Assembly (NCBI RefSeq): GCF_009914755.1
Contig: NC_060944.1
Length of the DNA stretch: 64,000 nt
Reading direction: 5' to 3' (one strand)
From: the human T2T-CHM13v2.0 reference genome, Homo sapiens
The translations under genes and the position numbers were made by a program. The first letter of the stretch is position 1, and each line of letters opens with the position of its first letter. The notes under the pieces were generated by a model. The model was not told the DNA's origin and ran no database searches. It worked only from the letters and a program-made list of their open reading frames with translations. Of the stretch, positions 39,961 to 55,438 are shown piece after piece.

Positions 39961-40395
39961 AAATCTCACTCTGAAGTTCAGTTTCCAAAGACTTGGGAAC
40001 AGATGATGAACTATGCTTTGCTTGCAGTGCCTCCTGGCTGTAAATATAGGAGCTCTGTCAACTGCTGAACTCTTGGTTGGCCTTGCAAAGCTTTGGTGTG
40101 GTCTGTGGTCTGGGGTGTAGCGTTGAGCCAGTAAAAGGCATTGCATTGTTTTATCCATCCTGTGTCCTTAGTTAGATGCATCGCATGATTGGACCTACTC
40201 AATAAGAAAATAAAGAGCAGTAGTCAATGTTTTGACCATACTTTTGGTCCTGCACAGTGTTACTAGTTGCCAACTTTATGCAAACAGATTTACCTCATCT
40301 CCTGATAAATTAGAAGATCTGGCCACATGCAGACTTGTGTTCTTCCTTTAGAGGAGACACACGCTCTCCAGTTCCACCCAGCATCCCAAGACATC

Positions 40396-40797
40396 TGAAT
40401 TAGTTTCCTGTTGTTGCTGCTGTAACAAACTGCCGTAAACTTAGTGGCTTAAAGCACAGATTTATTATCTTACACTTCTTGATGTTGGTAGTCAAATAGG
40501 CCTGCAGGACCGTGTTTTTTCTGGAGGTTCTGGGGGAGATAATGTATTCCTTGCCTTGTCCAGCTTCTTGAAGTTGTGCACATCCCGTGACTATGGCTGA
40601 ATCCCTCTGAACTCTGTTTCTATTGTCACATGTCTTTCTTTGATCCTTCTTCCTCTCTCTTTCATTTTTAAAGGATTTTTGTGATTACATTGAGCCCACT
40701 CAGATAATACAGTCACCTCTCTATCTCAAGATCCTTAATTTAATCTTGTCTGCAAAGCCCCCTTTGCTGTGTAAGGTGACTATTCACAGGTTCCATG
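40396..40797 (-). mobile_element. MLT1C/D-like LTR
   Basis: GCTGCTGTAACAAACTGCCGTAAACTTAGTGGCTTAAA...GTGATTACATTGAGCCCAC. Confidence 0.85.
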
Positions 40798-41059
40798 TTC
40801 CACACCCCAAATTCACTTCCCCACTTCCACCTTCAGGGAAGCATCTAATTCCTTCAGGCTGTGACCTCTACAGTGCTGAGGAACTGGCACTGATTTCTAT
40901 TTCCCTGGAGTTGGATATTTATCCACCAAATAAGATGAGAATATTTATTTAAAAAACTGATTCTCCCCCTTCACAAATTACCGTATCTAGGTATATCTTA
41001 TTTTTAAATGCTATATTAAATAATCGCACAAAAATAAAACAACTCTCCTTTATTTCTTG

Positions 41060-41406
41060 GCTTGGTTTTGCTGCTACTGCTGCTGCTTCTTGTTTTGTTT
41101 TGTTTTGTTTTTTTCTCCTGGAGACAGGGTCTCACTGTTGCTGAGGCTGGAGTTCAGTGGCGTGATCATGGCTCACTTCAGCCTCCATCTCCCAGCTTCA
41201 AGGAATCCTCCTCCCTCAGCCTCCCTAGTAGCTAGGACAAAGGGCACGTAACCATGCCTAGCTAATTTTTTTTTTATTTTTTATTTTTGTACAGACAGAG
41301 TCTTACTATGTTGGCCAATCTGGTCTCAAACTCCTGGGCTTAAGAAATCCTCTACCTCTACCTCCCAAAGTGCTGGGATTACAGGTGTGAGCCACTGCAC
41401 CTGGCC
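41060..41406 (-). mobile_element. AluJ with microsatellite-converted tail
   Basis: Reverse Alu dimer; tail contains (CTG)n and (TTTTG)n. Confidence 0.9.
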
Positions 41407-42044
41407 TATTCTTCTTTTTTTTTTTTTTCTTTTCAATTTTACCTGGCAATATTGTATATTTCAAGCCTTTTTTACATTGTAGTTTTCTTTTCATCTACAT
41501 TTCCTACTAATTAAGATGTTTCTTCCCTCCTTGGTCCCTTGACTATTAAGCTCTTTAAAGCCTAATTATTTTCCCCTGGGAAATTGCTGCTGCTATTGCT
41601 ATTTGTGGTTTTCTTCCTTGTTTTCCAACTTTTAATATAACTTCTTGTTAATCACTAGTCCTTCCTTCACAATTGTCTTATCTTTGTCATCTGACACTGG
41701 AAAATGATATACATTTTGAACTTATGACTGTCATTTATCAGCAGAACATAGTGTAATATTCATGTTTGCTGATAAGAGAGTGGCAAAATTAATGTCAGAA
41801 ATACAGAAGCTACTTAGTAATCTAAGAATTGAGAAAAACTCATCTATCCACAAATTATTTGAGGCAGGAACAATTTGTCCGTCTTTGTTTCTAAGAATCA
41901 TGACATTTTCTCTTTTGACCTGTCTTATTGTTATTAATACTGATGGTGTAGCTAGTGAAATAAATAGATTTCTTTTTAGTTGATTCATAGATATGCCATT
42001 CCAGAACTATAGTAGGACATAGGTCCAGAAGACCGGGTATACAG

Positions 42045-42217
42045 CATTGGTTGTCACCATCAGCATCAGCATTACCTGGGAATTGCTGGAAATGCACGTT
42101 GTCAGACCCCACCCCAGACCTACTGGATCAGAAGCTCTGGGGATGGGGCCCAGAAATCTATGTTTTAACAAGCTCTCCAGGAGATGATGAAGTGCAATCA
42201 AGTTTAAGAAACATCAG
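42045..42217. mobile_element. MER5A
   Basis: CAGCATCAGCATTACCTGGGAA...CCCCACCCCAGACCTACTG...TTTTAACAAGCTCTCCAGG. Confidence 0.85.
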
Positions 42218-42814
42218 TGTTTTGTATTGTCACACTAGGGTGCTGGGGAGAAGGGTGAACCCTTCTAGGTCTCATTCTCTAGATCAGTTTATGCATTCAT
42301 TTGTTTAGCTTCCAGGGATGTCATTTCCAATAAACTACATTCTCCAAATATTTTCAGTTCCGATAAACAGTGCACTAAAGATTCTCAGTTCCAATAAATT
42401 GTCCAAGTAACCTTATTTCACCATGGAAAGAATAATCTGTGGATTGGCATCAGGAAGAAATAGTCCTTCTTAGTTTAAGAGTCTACCCATACTGCTTAAA
42501 GCCCAAGTTGTGCCAAATTAAATACAAATGTTATGCTGGAGTGCACCAATTTATTCCTCTTAGGTCCGTGTCTCATCCATAAAATTATGGCAGTTCCAAT
42601 AAGTGATATGATATCAACTCACTGAAATCTTTAAAATGAATAGACAGCTCACTCTATAGAAAAAAACTCTACTCCCTCCCCTCATCTGCCTCCTGCAGAG
42701 TCATTCAAAGTAAACCCCACATCTACCACATAATCCCATATTCATAGCAAATCAGATCATCCCTGACATTATCTCCAAATTTGGTGAAAGGTCCATTGGG
42801 CCTGTTAAAATATC

Positions 42815-43440
42815 TTAACTTTATTGAACTATAATTTACACGGAATGATATGGATCCATCTTTAGTGCTCATTTTGCATTGCGTGAGTCTTAGCAAATGT
42901 GTACACCACCACCACAATCACAATTTAGGACCTTTCTGGCACCCCAGAAAGCTTGTTCCAGTCTTCTTGAAGTCCATTTTTCCCAACCCCTTGGCCCCAG
43001 GCAACTACTAGTCTGCTTTCCTGTCACTTTTAGATTCTTTTTGCTCTCTCTGGGATTTCATACAAATGGAACTATGTATTCTTTTTATCTGGCTTTTTTC
43101 TTTCAGAATTATGTTTCAGAGATTCCTCCATGCTATTGTTTCCTCTATAGCTTTTTTACATTGCTGAGTAATATTCAATTGTGTGCACATACTACCACTT
43201 ATTTACCTGTTGATGGGCATGTGTATATTTCCAGTGTCAGGCTGTTAAGAGTAAGGTTCCTATGAACATTTGTGTACAAATATTTGTGTGAACATGTTTT
43301 TATTTCTTTTGGGTAAATAAGAATGGAATGGCTGGGTGAGGTGGTAGACGCATGATCAGATGTGTAAGAAACTGCCAAATTGGTTTATAAAATGGTTGAA
43401 CTATTTTCATTCCATCCAGCAGTATCTGAGTATTTTCACT
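42815..43440 (-). mobile_element. Old L1M (MB-ME class) 3' region
   Basis: AACTTTATTGAACTATAATTTACA...GTTGATGGGCAT...AAGAAACTGCCAAA. Confidence 0.8.
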
Positions 43441-44889
43441 AGGCCATTTTTACATGTATTATCAGACAAATAGAAAAAAACCTTAATTTTATGTTGATAT
43501 CTACTGCATATTTATTTACATTATGCACACATATGTAAATGTATATACATACACACAAACAGGGAAATGTATACATATTTTATTATATCATATGAAGAAG
43601 CACCAGTTTTCAAAGTAAAATATAAGATCTTACTTTATGCATAAAATTCCAACCCATGAGCATATACACAAAACCCTTAAACTACATATAAGTAATTTCT
43701 GTGTTTTCCTTAGTGTTTGTTTACTTTAGTCATTTGCTGGCCATTACTGACAGTCAAATAGCAAACTTTTAAGAAAAATAATAGAAACTCTAACATGAGG
43801 AAACTGTTAGAAGCTTTTTTCCCTCTGACTTGGGAAAAGATAACTGCCACAATTTTGGGGCTGTGACTTCTGGTATTGTATCATGCAAAGTTTAAGAACT
43901 TCTGGGATAAGCAGTGGGCAAAGGGAGTGCAAATGGAGGAAACTGAGAAAGAATGATTATATAAGGAGCAACAATGATGGACTGGTGGCGAAGAAAGAAA
44001 GATTTTTCAAGGAGGGGTGGTTGGAACTTGGAAATCAAATAAGGAATCAAATGAAGATGGAACCCATGGCTGTGGCCCCATGGAGACAGAAAAAGTCAGA
44101 TTTATACACAGGTCATTGTGACACTAAGCAGAATGTGAAAAAATATATCCAATAGAAATAAAAGCAGCATGTTAGTAGGGGCAGGAGAGCAGAGTAATAA
44201 AAATAACCTCGTCTCTATATATGAAATGCTGGAATTGCTGAATAGTGTTCCTGGAGTGTGGGAATAAACGATGTGGTTGAATGGGTTTGGGTTTGTTTTA
44301 CAGATTTTATCCTAAAGATATGATAACTAATTAAACTACTGCTGTTAATTTGTGTCGAATACCAAGCAGAGCCTCGGGACTGGACTGAGACAGGGCCAAG
44401 GTGCTGGTATAAATTTCAGTGACTCATCTCTTGTGTCTAAAATAGCGGTAGGCTTGGGGGCAAAGTATAATCAAGGGAGGAAGTCATTTTGACACATGTT
44501 CCCCTTGAAAGCAACTTAGAACCAATGTAAGTAATTCAGTTTCTCAAGCTAGTGTTGGAAAAGGGGTGTAGATGGATAAGGGTGGGAAATGGAAAGTGAG
44601 CTTGCATCAAGTCATGAAAGACATTGTGTTGTATGCAAAGACGTTTTGATTTGATCCTACTTGTTTTCAAGATGACTTTAGGCATACACTTGGGCCTAAA
44701 TGAAAATATTCTAATGGAATACATGCAAGGGCTCAGCGATTCTTAAGGGATTACTTTCCATGTTTTAAACTTTTACGTATACCCTTTCTTAAAACTGATC
44801 TGCCTAACACCTGCCTGTCCTCATCTCATTTTGTAGAAGGAAGATACTTATCTCATCTTTCCAAAATATTAATATGGTACATTGTCCTA

Positions 44890-46082
<1,193 letters not shown>

Positions 46083-46249
46083 AATTATGGGTAATGGGAT
46101 ATCACTGAAGGATTTTGAATAGGGGACTGTTTGATAAGATTGGTGGCTTTGAAAGGGTATTTTTCCATTGTGCAGGTGGATAGGGTGGCACATAGAGGTT
46201 GGGGTGATGGTAAACCAGGAACAAGTAAAACAGTGAGGAGAAGAGAGAG

Positions 46250-46567
46250 GGAGAGTTCAAAGCATGAAAGGGAGCAGGAGACTCAATATTGCTGGCTTCA
46301 AAGGTGAAGTAATAGGGCCATGAGATTCCTTGGCTCATGGCCCCATTACTTCAAGGAATGTGGGTGGCTTCTAGAAGCTTGAATGACAATGAAATGGATG
46401 ATTCCTCTAGAGCCTCCTTAAAGGAAAGAAGCCTTGTTCCCATCTTGATTTTAGAGGTGAGATCCATGCTGCATTTCTGATCTACAGAACTGTAAGATGA
46501 CATATTTGTGTTGTTTAAAGCCACTAGTTTGTGAATTTTATTACAGGAGCAATAGAAAACGAATACA
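46250..46567 (+). mobile_element. MLT1D/E-like LTR
   Basis: Ends TTTAAAGCCACTAGTTTGTG...GCAATAGAAAACGAATACA. Confidence 0.8.
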
Positions 46568-48388
46568 GCAGATTTACCCAGGTTTTCCACTGAGGAAGGA
46601 GATGAGTCATTTGATACTGAGTTAAGTATGCCAAAGGTTGGCAGTCTAGACTTGTGGGCATTTTAGCCTCTTTGAGTACATGCTTGTTTTAGTGAATGAG
46701 AGAAAGCTGTTATGAAGGAACATTTTATATGAACTTGCTTGTTTTCATTTCTCTACACCTCACTGTCCTCTTCCTCAAAGCTAGGGGTTAGAATAGATTA
46801 TCTCAGGTTCTCTTCAGCTTGAAAATTCTAAAATTATTTGCCTTGCATAAAATGAAAGAAACAAAACACACCACTATCCCCATAAAATTCCTTCTCTGGT
46901 GAGAATGAGGGGAAAAAAGGAGAACCACCTACAAGAATTATTGGTAAAAACACACATAGAATTCACTATAAAACACAAGCATGTGCTGTGCTTCAGATGC
47001 CTTGTTTAGGAATGTTTAGTTCTAAATGCTAGACATAAATCAACATATGTTCTGGAATTTTCATGATGAAATCTCTCACTGTGCATCAAAGTAAGAGAAA
47101 TAGAAAGTTCTGAACAGGAGCATGTATTGTCCTAACAATCTTGTGGCCCCAATATTCATCATAATAAAAATTTTTCTGCCTTGGTATTATTATGGATAGT
47201 AATTATTATGGATAATAAAAATGATGGTGTATTAGTCAAGATCGGCTAGCTTATACTCTGACAATAAACAATTTCAAAATAAAAAAGACCATTAGTACTC
47301 ATTGTTCAGCGATTTAAATCTCACAAGTAGAATCAGCCTCTTGATGGGGGATTTTTCCATTATAAAGCTGGTGCTACGATCTGAATTCTGCAAATTGGGG
47401 CATTTATTAGTTAGTGATCATATGGGATTGGTCTATGGAAGGATGCATGCTGAAGTCAGTTCTTTAGGGCTACATCTTGCCTAAACTCAGTTTAGCATGG
47501 CTGGTGTTACAACCCTCAATTCCTTTCTGCACAGGGGAATAAGTAATTTCTGATATAACTGCTGCCTTTCACACAAAGGTGGGACTCTTGCTAAGCTGCT
47601 AGAGTGCAGTCAACCTTGCCACAAAGACTATGCAGATGACTTCAGTGTTCTCAATTCCTCCCTTGGTTGAAGATCACATTCACGCCCATTTCACCCATTC
47701 AAGGACTTTCAGGTGCAAATTTTGCAAGAAAAAGCTCCTCAGATTTCCCAAGAATCATCTCATTAGAAAGGAGTTTGGAATGTGATTCTGTCTGGATGCT
47801 ATTTCTGTGATACCTTGAAAACTTTGTTCCTACAAAATTATTTAAGCATTTGAGCACAAAAATAAACAAATGTCCTTGAATTTATTATCCCATATGGGCT
47901 TGCCAACTGCTACAGTGAGACTTGTGGAGATGATAAGTCCCCTGTGAGTGAGGCACTTAAGCTGCAGGACCCATATGTTGTGCCTGATTGTAATGCAGAG
48001 AAAGTTCTTTGGAAACTATGACCTTAACCAAGCTTTGAATAGCTGACCAAGATAAAGCCATCAGAGATGTCCTAAGGGTTGCCATTCATAGAGGGTCATC
48101 AAAAGTCTTTGGCCTCATGCACTTTGTGCCACCCTCCTCACTAACATTCTATTCATGATATTAGTCTTTTTGAGACCTCCCAAATGGTGCTGATCTAATT
48201 CATTTCTGCAAACAGACTTCAGATGTTATGAGGTGTCTGTCAGATGAGGCTCAGGGTACCAAGCATTGTTTTTGCTTGCCATATTGATCACTGTTAAAGG
48301 TGTATCTGAAAGTAAGTCTTGATAGTCCCTAGCAATCAAAAGTGTTTCCTCAAGTCCTAATTTTTTAGGTGTTTTTCCCTATACCTTC

Positions 48389-48775
48389 TGAGTCTCTTAC
48401 TTCAGGCTGCTATCACAAAATGCCATAGACTAGGTGCCTTATAAACAAAAGCCATTTCTTACCGTTGTGGAGGCTGGAAGTCCAAAGTCAAGGTGCCTGC
48501 AGATTCCGTGTCTGGAGAGGGCCCTCTTTCTGGTTTGTAGATGGTCTTGTCATTGTCCTTACATGGCACTCAGGTCGGGGGGATGGTGGAGGCAGAGTGT
48601 TTGTCTCTGTTCTTTTATAATGCTGTAAATCCCATCATACAGGCCCCATCCTCATGACCTAATCCAACTCTAATTACCTCCCAAAGACCCCACTTCCAAA
48701 TACCATTACACTGGGGATTGGGGCTTCATTATGGAAATTTTGGGAGTGGAGGACACAAATGTTCAGTCCCTAGCA
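48389..48775 (-). mobile_element. MLT1A-like LTR
   Basis: GGAGGCTGGAAGTCCAAAGTCAAGGTGCC...CTAATTACCTCCCAAAG...GTTCAGTCCCTAGCA. Confidence 0.85.
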
Positions 48776-50759
48776 ATCTCACTAGGACAACAAAGTGAGA
48801 CAAATAATTGTTCTGTAGAGCTTCTTAGAATAACACCAATACAGTCTCCCAAAAGAGAGAAAGAAGATCAATAATAGGGGTTCTAGGAAATTGCTTTCAG
48901 ACCTTGGGCTAATTTTATGAAATGATTTTGAGAAAAGGAAGGGCAAAGTGAGTAATAGATTTTAGCAACAGTCATGAGAGTGGGAGTTGAGAGGGCGGTG
49001 TCTGTTTTGTTGTTCTTTGTCCATAGCGTCTCACCTATAACCTGGCCCGTGGAAAATGTTCAAAAAATAAGTTTTGTATAAATGAATTGATCATTAGCTG
49101 GAGTGGTTTTATAGCAATAAGAATTACCTTGTTGAAGAATTGGTTCTTCTTTGCCTTTAAATGTCTTCAGGTTTGGGCTCCATTCTTGTAGCTAGCTGCT
49201 GACTATTGGTTTACCCCATGTAAAGTGAGTAAAGGGTTGAGGGTTTTTTCTTATCCTTAGGCTATCAATCACCTGCTTCTGGGGCTCTCACAGTTAAAAG
49301 AACTCTTTAAAGTTGGCTGTGCTGGAAGCTACCCATTATACCAGGCTGAAGTGTCTACGGGAGGCATGTTCTTCGTTTTTTGTCTAAAATTGAGGGTTTT
49401 GGGGAATTTGCTCAATCATCGCTAGGCCTAACTCAAGTCTCAGTAACCCGGGAACCTGTGAGCTATTACAGAAGATGCATCTGTAGTATTTACTGAGTGC
49501 ATGGATGGGTGGTTTACAGACTTCTCCTCAACAAATAGCAGGGCTGTAATAGCAAGTGACAGGGAGCTTCTGGCAGAGGTAGAGATTGAAGGGCAGGTGG
49601 TTGGCCTGTTGTCTCTAGGAAATGAACTCCCAGCTCAGGCGCCTAGGACATGGGACTTCGGATTTTTAAACTGGGACTAGTTGGGTCACCCAGTGCTGAA
49701 ACCTTGGCCCTCTGCCGACAGGCTAAGGGGCTTCCTGGTGTAGCTCTCCCTTCTCAGCTGTCTCAGCCATGTCCTTCCCATGCTCTGAGACACCACCAGC
49801 AGCAACAGTTTGGGGATCATGTGAAAGAAAAGTAATAAATACCTATTCTGTTTGGTCACATCTAATTGCTCATTTTCATCATATTTACAAGGAAGAATAC
49901 GCTTACAGGGCCTGAAGCTACCACTCAGTGACTTCAGGATTCAACGTGTCTTTCTGCAGGGGTCAGGGAGTCACGCTGCTCTGCCTCACAGCACAGCTAG
50001 GAAGAATCTGTCTGTGTCTATTAAACTACAGGGAGAGCACCATTTGAAATCTCCCCTGCCCCGGAGGATGTTGTCCAAACATAAGTGGTGTCCCAGAGTT
50101 TTCTCTAACTCTCCAGCCCAAGTCCCTCTTACAGCCCAGGGAAGCCTGGGGCTCACCTATCTCGTGAAAATGTGCTGTATTGTTGGTGTCCCAGCCAAGG
50201 TACCCCAAGCATAATGGGGTAACTCCAGATTGGGTCACTAAGCCCATCTCCCACTACACAACGGCCACATTTCCCTCCCTCCCTCAGTTAGTTCTGGGGA
50301 GGAGGAAGTGATGAGGGCTGGTGAGGCTTCTCCAGAACAAGATGGAGATGCAACTCTAAAACCAGGTAGAGCGGGAGGCATGGGGGAAAGGGCTGTGATA
50401 CCACAGAGGACGTAGAAATTTTTTTCCATCACCACACATAAGAAAGAAGAAAAGCTGCTAGATTTTTAAGTTTCAGTTTTGGAGTAGTATCAAAAAGGAC
50501 CATCAAGCTGGAGATATTTATTTAGATAAGAATGCTGGTCTAATTTATCATTATTTTCAACTTCTCTTGCTTGTAGTTATAATTAGTGATAAGTAATATT
50601 TTAAGTGTTTTTTAATGGTTTTTGGAAATATTGTATACAGACGTTTAAAGTTGTATACAAATTGAATTAGGGAAAATGGAATCTCACTTTCCTGTTTGTA
50701 TGTGTTATTGAAAAATATTATTTTAATTTTACATCAGATATCTTGATACCTCACTGGTA

Positions 50760-50838
50760 TTAGGCTGAACCATACGAAATTGCTGTTTTTGTTGATCAAA
50801 ATGATTAAATATTAGTTACTTCATATAGCTCATTGTAA
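50760..50838. mobile_element. MADE2 mariner-derived MITE
   Basis: ~80-bp imperfect palindrome TTAGGCTGAACCATACGAAATTGC...TTCATATAGCTCATTGTAA. Confidence 0.75.
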
Positions 50839-51876
50839 CATATTTATACCCTGGGTCTTTATAACCAGAGACAAGTGGATTAATCTATGAAGCTATTAAA
50901 AAATTCTATAGTAAATATATTTATAAACTGAAGAATCTGCTTTAACGTGAGCTACTTTCCCTGCACTATCAGTTTTTGCAAGTTTACATTTTTTTCCTGC
51001 AAAAAGAGGCAAAATTAATTTTAAAAATCTAAAGCCATTGGAAGGTACCAGAAGATGGGACGTTTCAAAGAAGGAATTAAATTGAAGGTAGAAGGCATCC
51101 TATTTCCTACATTGACTTCAACCCCCACCACCTTCTGCAATGATTCTGAAGGCGATCCTTGCTCAAAGGTGACCACCTCAGTATTGTGGTCATGGGAAAA
51201 AACGGAAAAGGGATCAGCATTCTTTAGCTTCTTTTATGGCTTTATTTCAGCTGGGTTTTCAAATTTTACTTGAGTAGATAGCTTTATTTGGCTCAGAATG
51301 AGTCAAAGTGGTTTTTTGGTGAATGTTTCCTTTACCTTCATAAGCACTTTCTTTAAAGTTCCAGGTGAAACCCCCAGCATGGTGGACACTGTGTCGTGAT
51401 GTCATTGCAGGTGCTCTATTTGAGAAGCCATCCATGGTTTCTTCAGTTCTAGAAATGCTTCAGATTGATAACATTACTATGCTCATAGGTTTTATGTTGT
51501 TTTGAAATTAAATTAATATAGAAAGGAACCATTTGAGGGTGGTGACCCAGCATTGTGCCTCAAAAAAAAAAAAAAAAAAAAAAACCTCTGGTTTTTATGA
51601 TTAGGAGGCAATTTTTTTTTATTCAACTAGTTTTGACTCTTACGGAAATAAAACATCGCCACTATGAACCGATTTATGAGCTGTCAGGTGATCTTATGTG
51701 TTGTATACATATAACACACGCATCTAGGAGCTGTTTTAAAAATCTTGACAGTTGTACATTCAATTTGTGTAATGCTAGCCCTACTGTAAAATACTCTAGT
51801 TTTTTTGTTGGGACAGAACCACACCTAAGTGAAACTTGCAGCTAGCTGCCCATCTGCCCATGAATAGTTTACTACC

Positions 51877-52165
51877 TATTTATGTATTTATTTATTTTTC
51901 AGACAGGGTCTCACTCTGTCAGCCACCCCGGCTGGAGTGCAGTGGCACAATCATAGCCCACTGCAGCCTTGACCACCTGGGCTCAAGCCATCCTTCTGCT
52001 TCAGCTTCCCCAGTAGCTGGGACTACAGGTGTGTGCCACCATGCCCCACTGGTAGGGGTCTCACTATGTAGTGCAGGTTGGTCTCGAACTTCTGGCCTTG
52101 AAAAATCATACTGCCTTGGCCTCCCAAGTTGCTTGGATTATAGGTGAGAGCTACCACGCCCAGCC
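51877..52165 (-). mobile_element. AluJ lacking the central A-rich linker
   Basis: CCACCATGCCCC is joined directly to GTAGGGGTCTCACTATG. Confidence 0.9.
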
Positions 52166-52319
52166 TAAGACTTTGCTTCCTTGTGGAAAAACTCCCTGGA
52201 AGGGAATCCCATATTAAATAGCAGGTGCTAAATAGAAACCTAGTGTTTGACTGAGTGATAACATTTTCTATAGTTTTTTTTTTATTTATACTGAAATTTA
52301 GAAAGGGCATATTATTCAG

Positions 52320-53088
52320 TTTTGTTCTTCAAATCATCCTTGACTCCTCTCTCTCACACTCACACGTGGTATGGTAAATTCTGTCTGCTCTACCTTCAAA
52401 ATGTACCCACCTTCTTTTCACTAATTCCCTTGCTGCCATCCTGGCCTGAGCCAGGTTCTCTTTCACCTGGATGACTGGTCTCTTCTCATCCTGGCTTGTT
52501 CCCCACACTGACCCCTCTCCGTAGCCTGTTCTGCACTCAGCACCGAAAGTGACTGACTAAGTGTAAGTCAGCTCCTGAGCCTCCCTGCTCAGAGCCCTCC
52601 AAGGGGTCCTCATCTGACTCCGAGTAAAAGCCAGAGTCTTTACCGTGACCCACCAGGCCTGTGTGATCTGACTCCTTTTTGCGTGACCTCATCTCTAGCT
52701 CACTGGGCTTAGTCACACTGGCTTCCTCGCTGCTCTGCTGTCATCCTGGGGTCTTTGCTGTGGCTGCTTCCTCTCCCAGTAATGCTCTGCCTTCCCCCAC
52801 TCATCCACATGGCTAAATCTCTCATTTCCTTAGTTTTTGCTCATTTATAAAGCTAGATTTCTTATTAACATTAACCCCTACTCCGTTCTCTATTTTTGCT
52901 TTTTCCACAGCACTTACCATCCTTTAATATATGGTATAATTTATTTATCATGTTTAGCGTTTACTGCCTCTCTAGAATGTAAGTGCCATAGTGGTGGCAG
53001 TTTTGTTTTATTTACTGATGTTCACCAAGCACTTAGAAAAGTGCCTCATTCATAGTAGTGATTCAGTAAATATTTGCTGAATAAATGA
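52320..53088 (+). mobile_element. L2a 3' portion
   Basis: CATCCTTGACTCCTCTCT...CTAGAATGTAAG...CAGTAAATATTTGCTGAATAAATGAA. Confidence 0.85.
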
Positions 53089-53924
53089 ACGCCCATTCAA
53101 GGGTGGTGTGGTGGGTGAACCCTTATTGTCCCTTGACCTTGGATGCCTGTTTTAAAAAATCATGTTTAACAAATCCTAAAGCCATTCTTTTATGGTATGG
53201 GTTTCAGACTTCACATTTTACATATCTACTCATGAGATAAGAGTCAAAAGAAAGTTTTTTAAAAAATAGTATTTGTCAAAACCCATTCTGATTGTTTTTT
53301 CTTATAATGACAGATTAGTCTCTGCCAACTCATTCCAGAAGCTTCCATTTGATCCTCAGAGGTTTTTAATTGGCACGAGGCTCTTTTCAGGAAAGGGCCA
53401 CTTTAACATCTATGGAAAAATAATCATGTACTTTTAATTCCACTTATCTGAAACCAACTAGTAAACCCAAAGAAAACACTGGGTGTTTTAATTTTTTGAA
53501 GTGGCTTGAATTGTCCCGAGGTCATGGCATCCAGTGAATTCACTTCTTTGTCTTTCCTGTCTGGCCGTTTTTGTGCCTTCTGGGTGTGAACAACTCAAGC
53601 GGTTTGCCATGTGCCAAACGAGCTGCTGCCTCTTCTCCTTTCCAGTGGTGTGGTCCAGGTCCACTTTGCAGACTGAGTTCTTTTCTCTCTGCAGGTGCCT
53701 TCTACTTCTAGCTAGTTATCTTGTGCTTCTCTTCCCAGCCTGTTTATCTAAATGAGTTTCTTTTCCTCCAGCCCAGCTGCCTCCTGAAGGTACAGGAAAC
53801 CCCCAATGAAACCATCAGTTCTGCCTCTGATGGTTTGCCTGTCCTTTGCCTCAGACGCTGAGACCTCGGTGCCCTGGCCACAGTGACCCTTTTATTTGCT
53901 TTCCTGCTACTTCCCTACCTGTTG

Positions 53925-54236
53925 TTTTATTTTTTACTTATTATTATTATTTTTTGAGATGGAGTCTTGCTCTGTCACCCAGGCTGGAGTGCAGTGGCGT
54001 GATCTCAGCTTACTGCAAACTTCACCTTCTGGGTTCAGGCGATTCTCCTGCCTCAGCCTCCCTGAGGGATTACAGGTGCCTACCAGCAGCCTGGATAATT
54101 TTTGTATTTTTTTTTTTAGTAGAGACAGCGTTTTACCATGTCTGCCAGGCTGGTCTCAAACTCCTGACCTCAAGTGATCTGTCCGCCTCGGCCTCCCAAA
54201 GTCCTGGGATTACAGGCATGAGCACCATGCCCGGCC
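53925..54236 (-). mobile_element. AluS
   Basis: Reverse Alu dimer ending ATGCCCGGCC. Confidence 0.95.
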
Positions 54237-54989
54237 TACTTGTCACTTTAAAACACAGCCATGCCTCCACCCACTGCCGTGCTCTCTCTTCAAGAAACAC
54301 CAGCACCACTTCCTGCTCTAAAACATTTGCACACCCCTGCTGAGGACCCTAATGACACTGTCTGTGTACCTCCTTTATCACAGACACTTACTCTTCTGTC
54401 TTCTGTTTTCGTGGTGTGCGTTGCTTCATTTCAAGGACATAACTATGTAAACTTCCATGCCAGACTGTAAACCCTCTGAGGGTGAGGATTACGTTATATC
54501 TGACCCTATGTGTAAAACTTTGCTGTGTATGGGTTCAGTAAGTATTTCATAGGACCGTGAAACATTACTGGTTGAATGGGCTCTGGAAATAAAACTACTG
54601 TATAGGCCAGAGTTCTAGAACTGTCCAGATTTTTAAACATTCTGTCCTTTTATCTTCTGAAAATTATAGTTGTATTTTTCCACTGATAGAAACTAAGTTT
54701 TAGTTGGAAAATGATAATTTCCGTAGGCAAATATCATCCTATAGTTTAACCCTTCACATGAGTGAATTGTGATTGAAAGAAGATTCAAGGGTGGGTTGTC
54801 CATGTTCCTCTTACTATTCTCCATGTGTTTTACATGAAGGCATTTTGCGTTCATTTGGGAATTATTCTTATAGGTCTCTCAGTTTTAATACAAAATGGGT
54901 TATAAATATGGCTCTGGTAGTGAATCTCTCAAACTAGAAGATTTCTCCCAGCCACAATTCAGTTACATCTAGAAGATAACATTCACACA

Positions 54990-55412
54990 TTTCTTCATTC
55001 ATTTCAGCAAAGAGTGACTGTTATGTGCCAGGTATATAATATGAATTGATCAGACACAAGTCCCTGCTTTCGTGGAGCTTACATTCCAGGGAGTGGAGAC
55101 AGATGAACAAAAAATAAAATGAAAAGTGTGCCAGATGGTAATGTGTGATGCAGAGAAATTAGGCAGGGGAGGAAGGATGGAAAGCCAGGGAAATTGTAAT
55201 TTAAAATAAGGTGATTGGCAGGGGCCTGAAGGTGGTGAAATAATTAGCCCTATAGGTAACAATGGGAAGAACATTATAGGCGGATGGAACAATGGCACTG
55301 TGTGGGAGTCACTTGTCATGTGCGAGGAACAGCAAGGACATCCTTCTTCAACTTGGAGAGGGTTGGGGAGTAGGACTGGTTGATTCAGAGAGGTGGAGGG
55401 GAATTCAGACCA
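54990..55412 (-). mobile_element. L2, host of the MER20; resumes at ~56980-57130 and ~57490-57700
   Basis: TTCATTCATTTCAGCAAA...ATGTGCCAGG...GTCCCTGCTTTCGTGGAGCTTACATTC. Confidence 0.8.
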
Positions 55413-55438
55413 CTTCAATTTCTTTTCAGCCTCGACAC

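Noticed and set aside
51558-51588. A23 flanked by CCTC as a tail-only retroinsertion
   Set aside because: A 4-bp flank match is too short for a credible TSD; a simple homopolymer explains it
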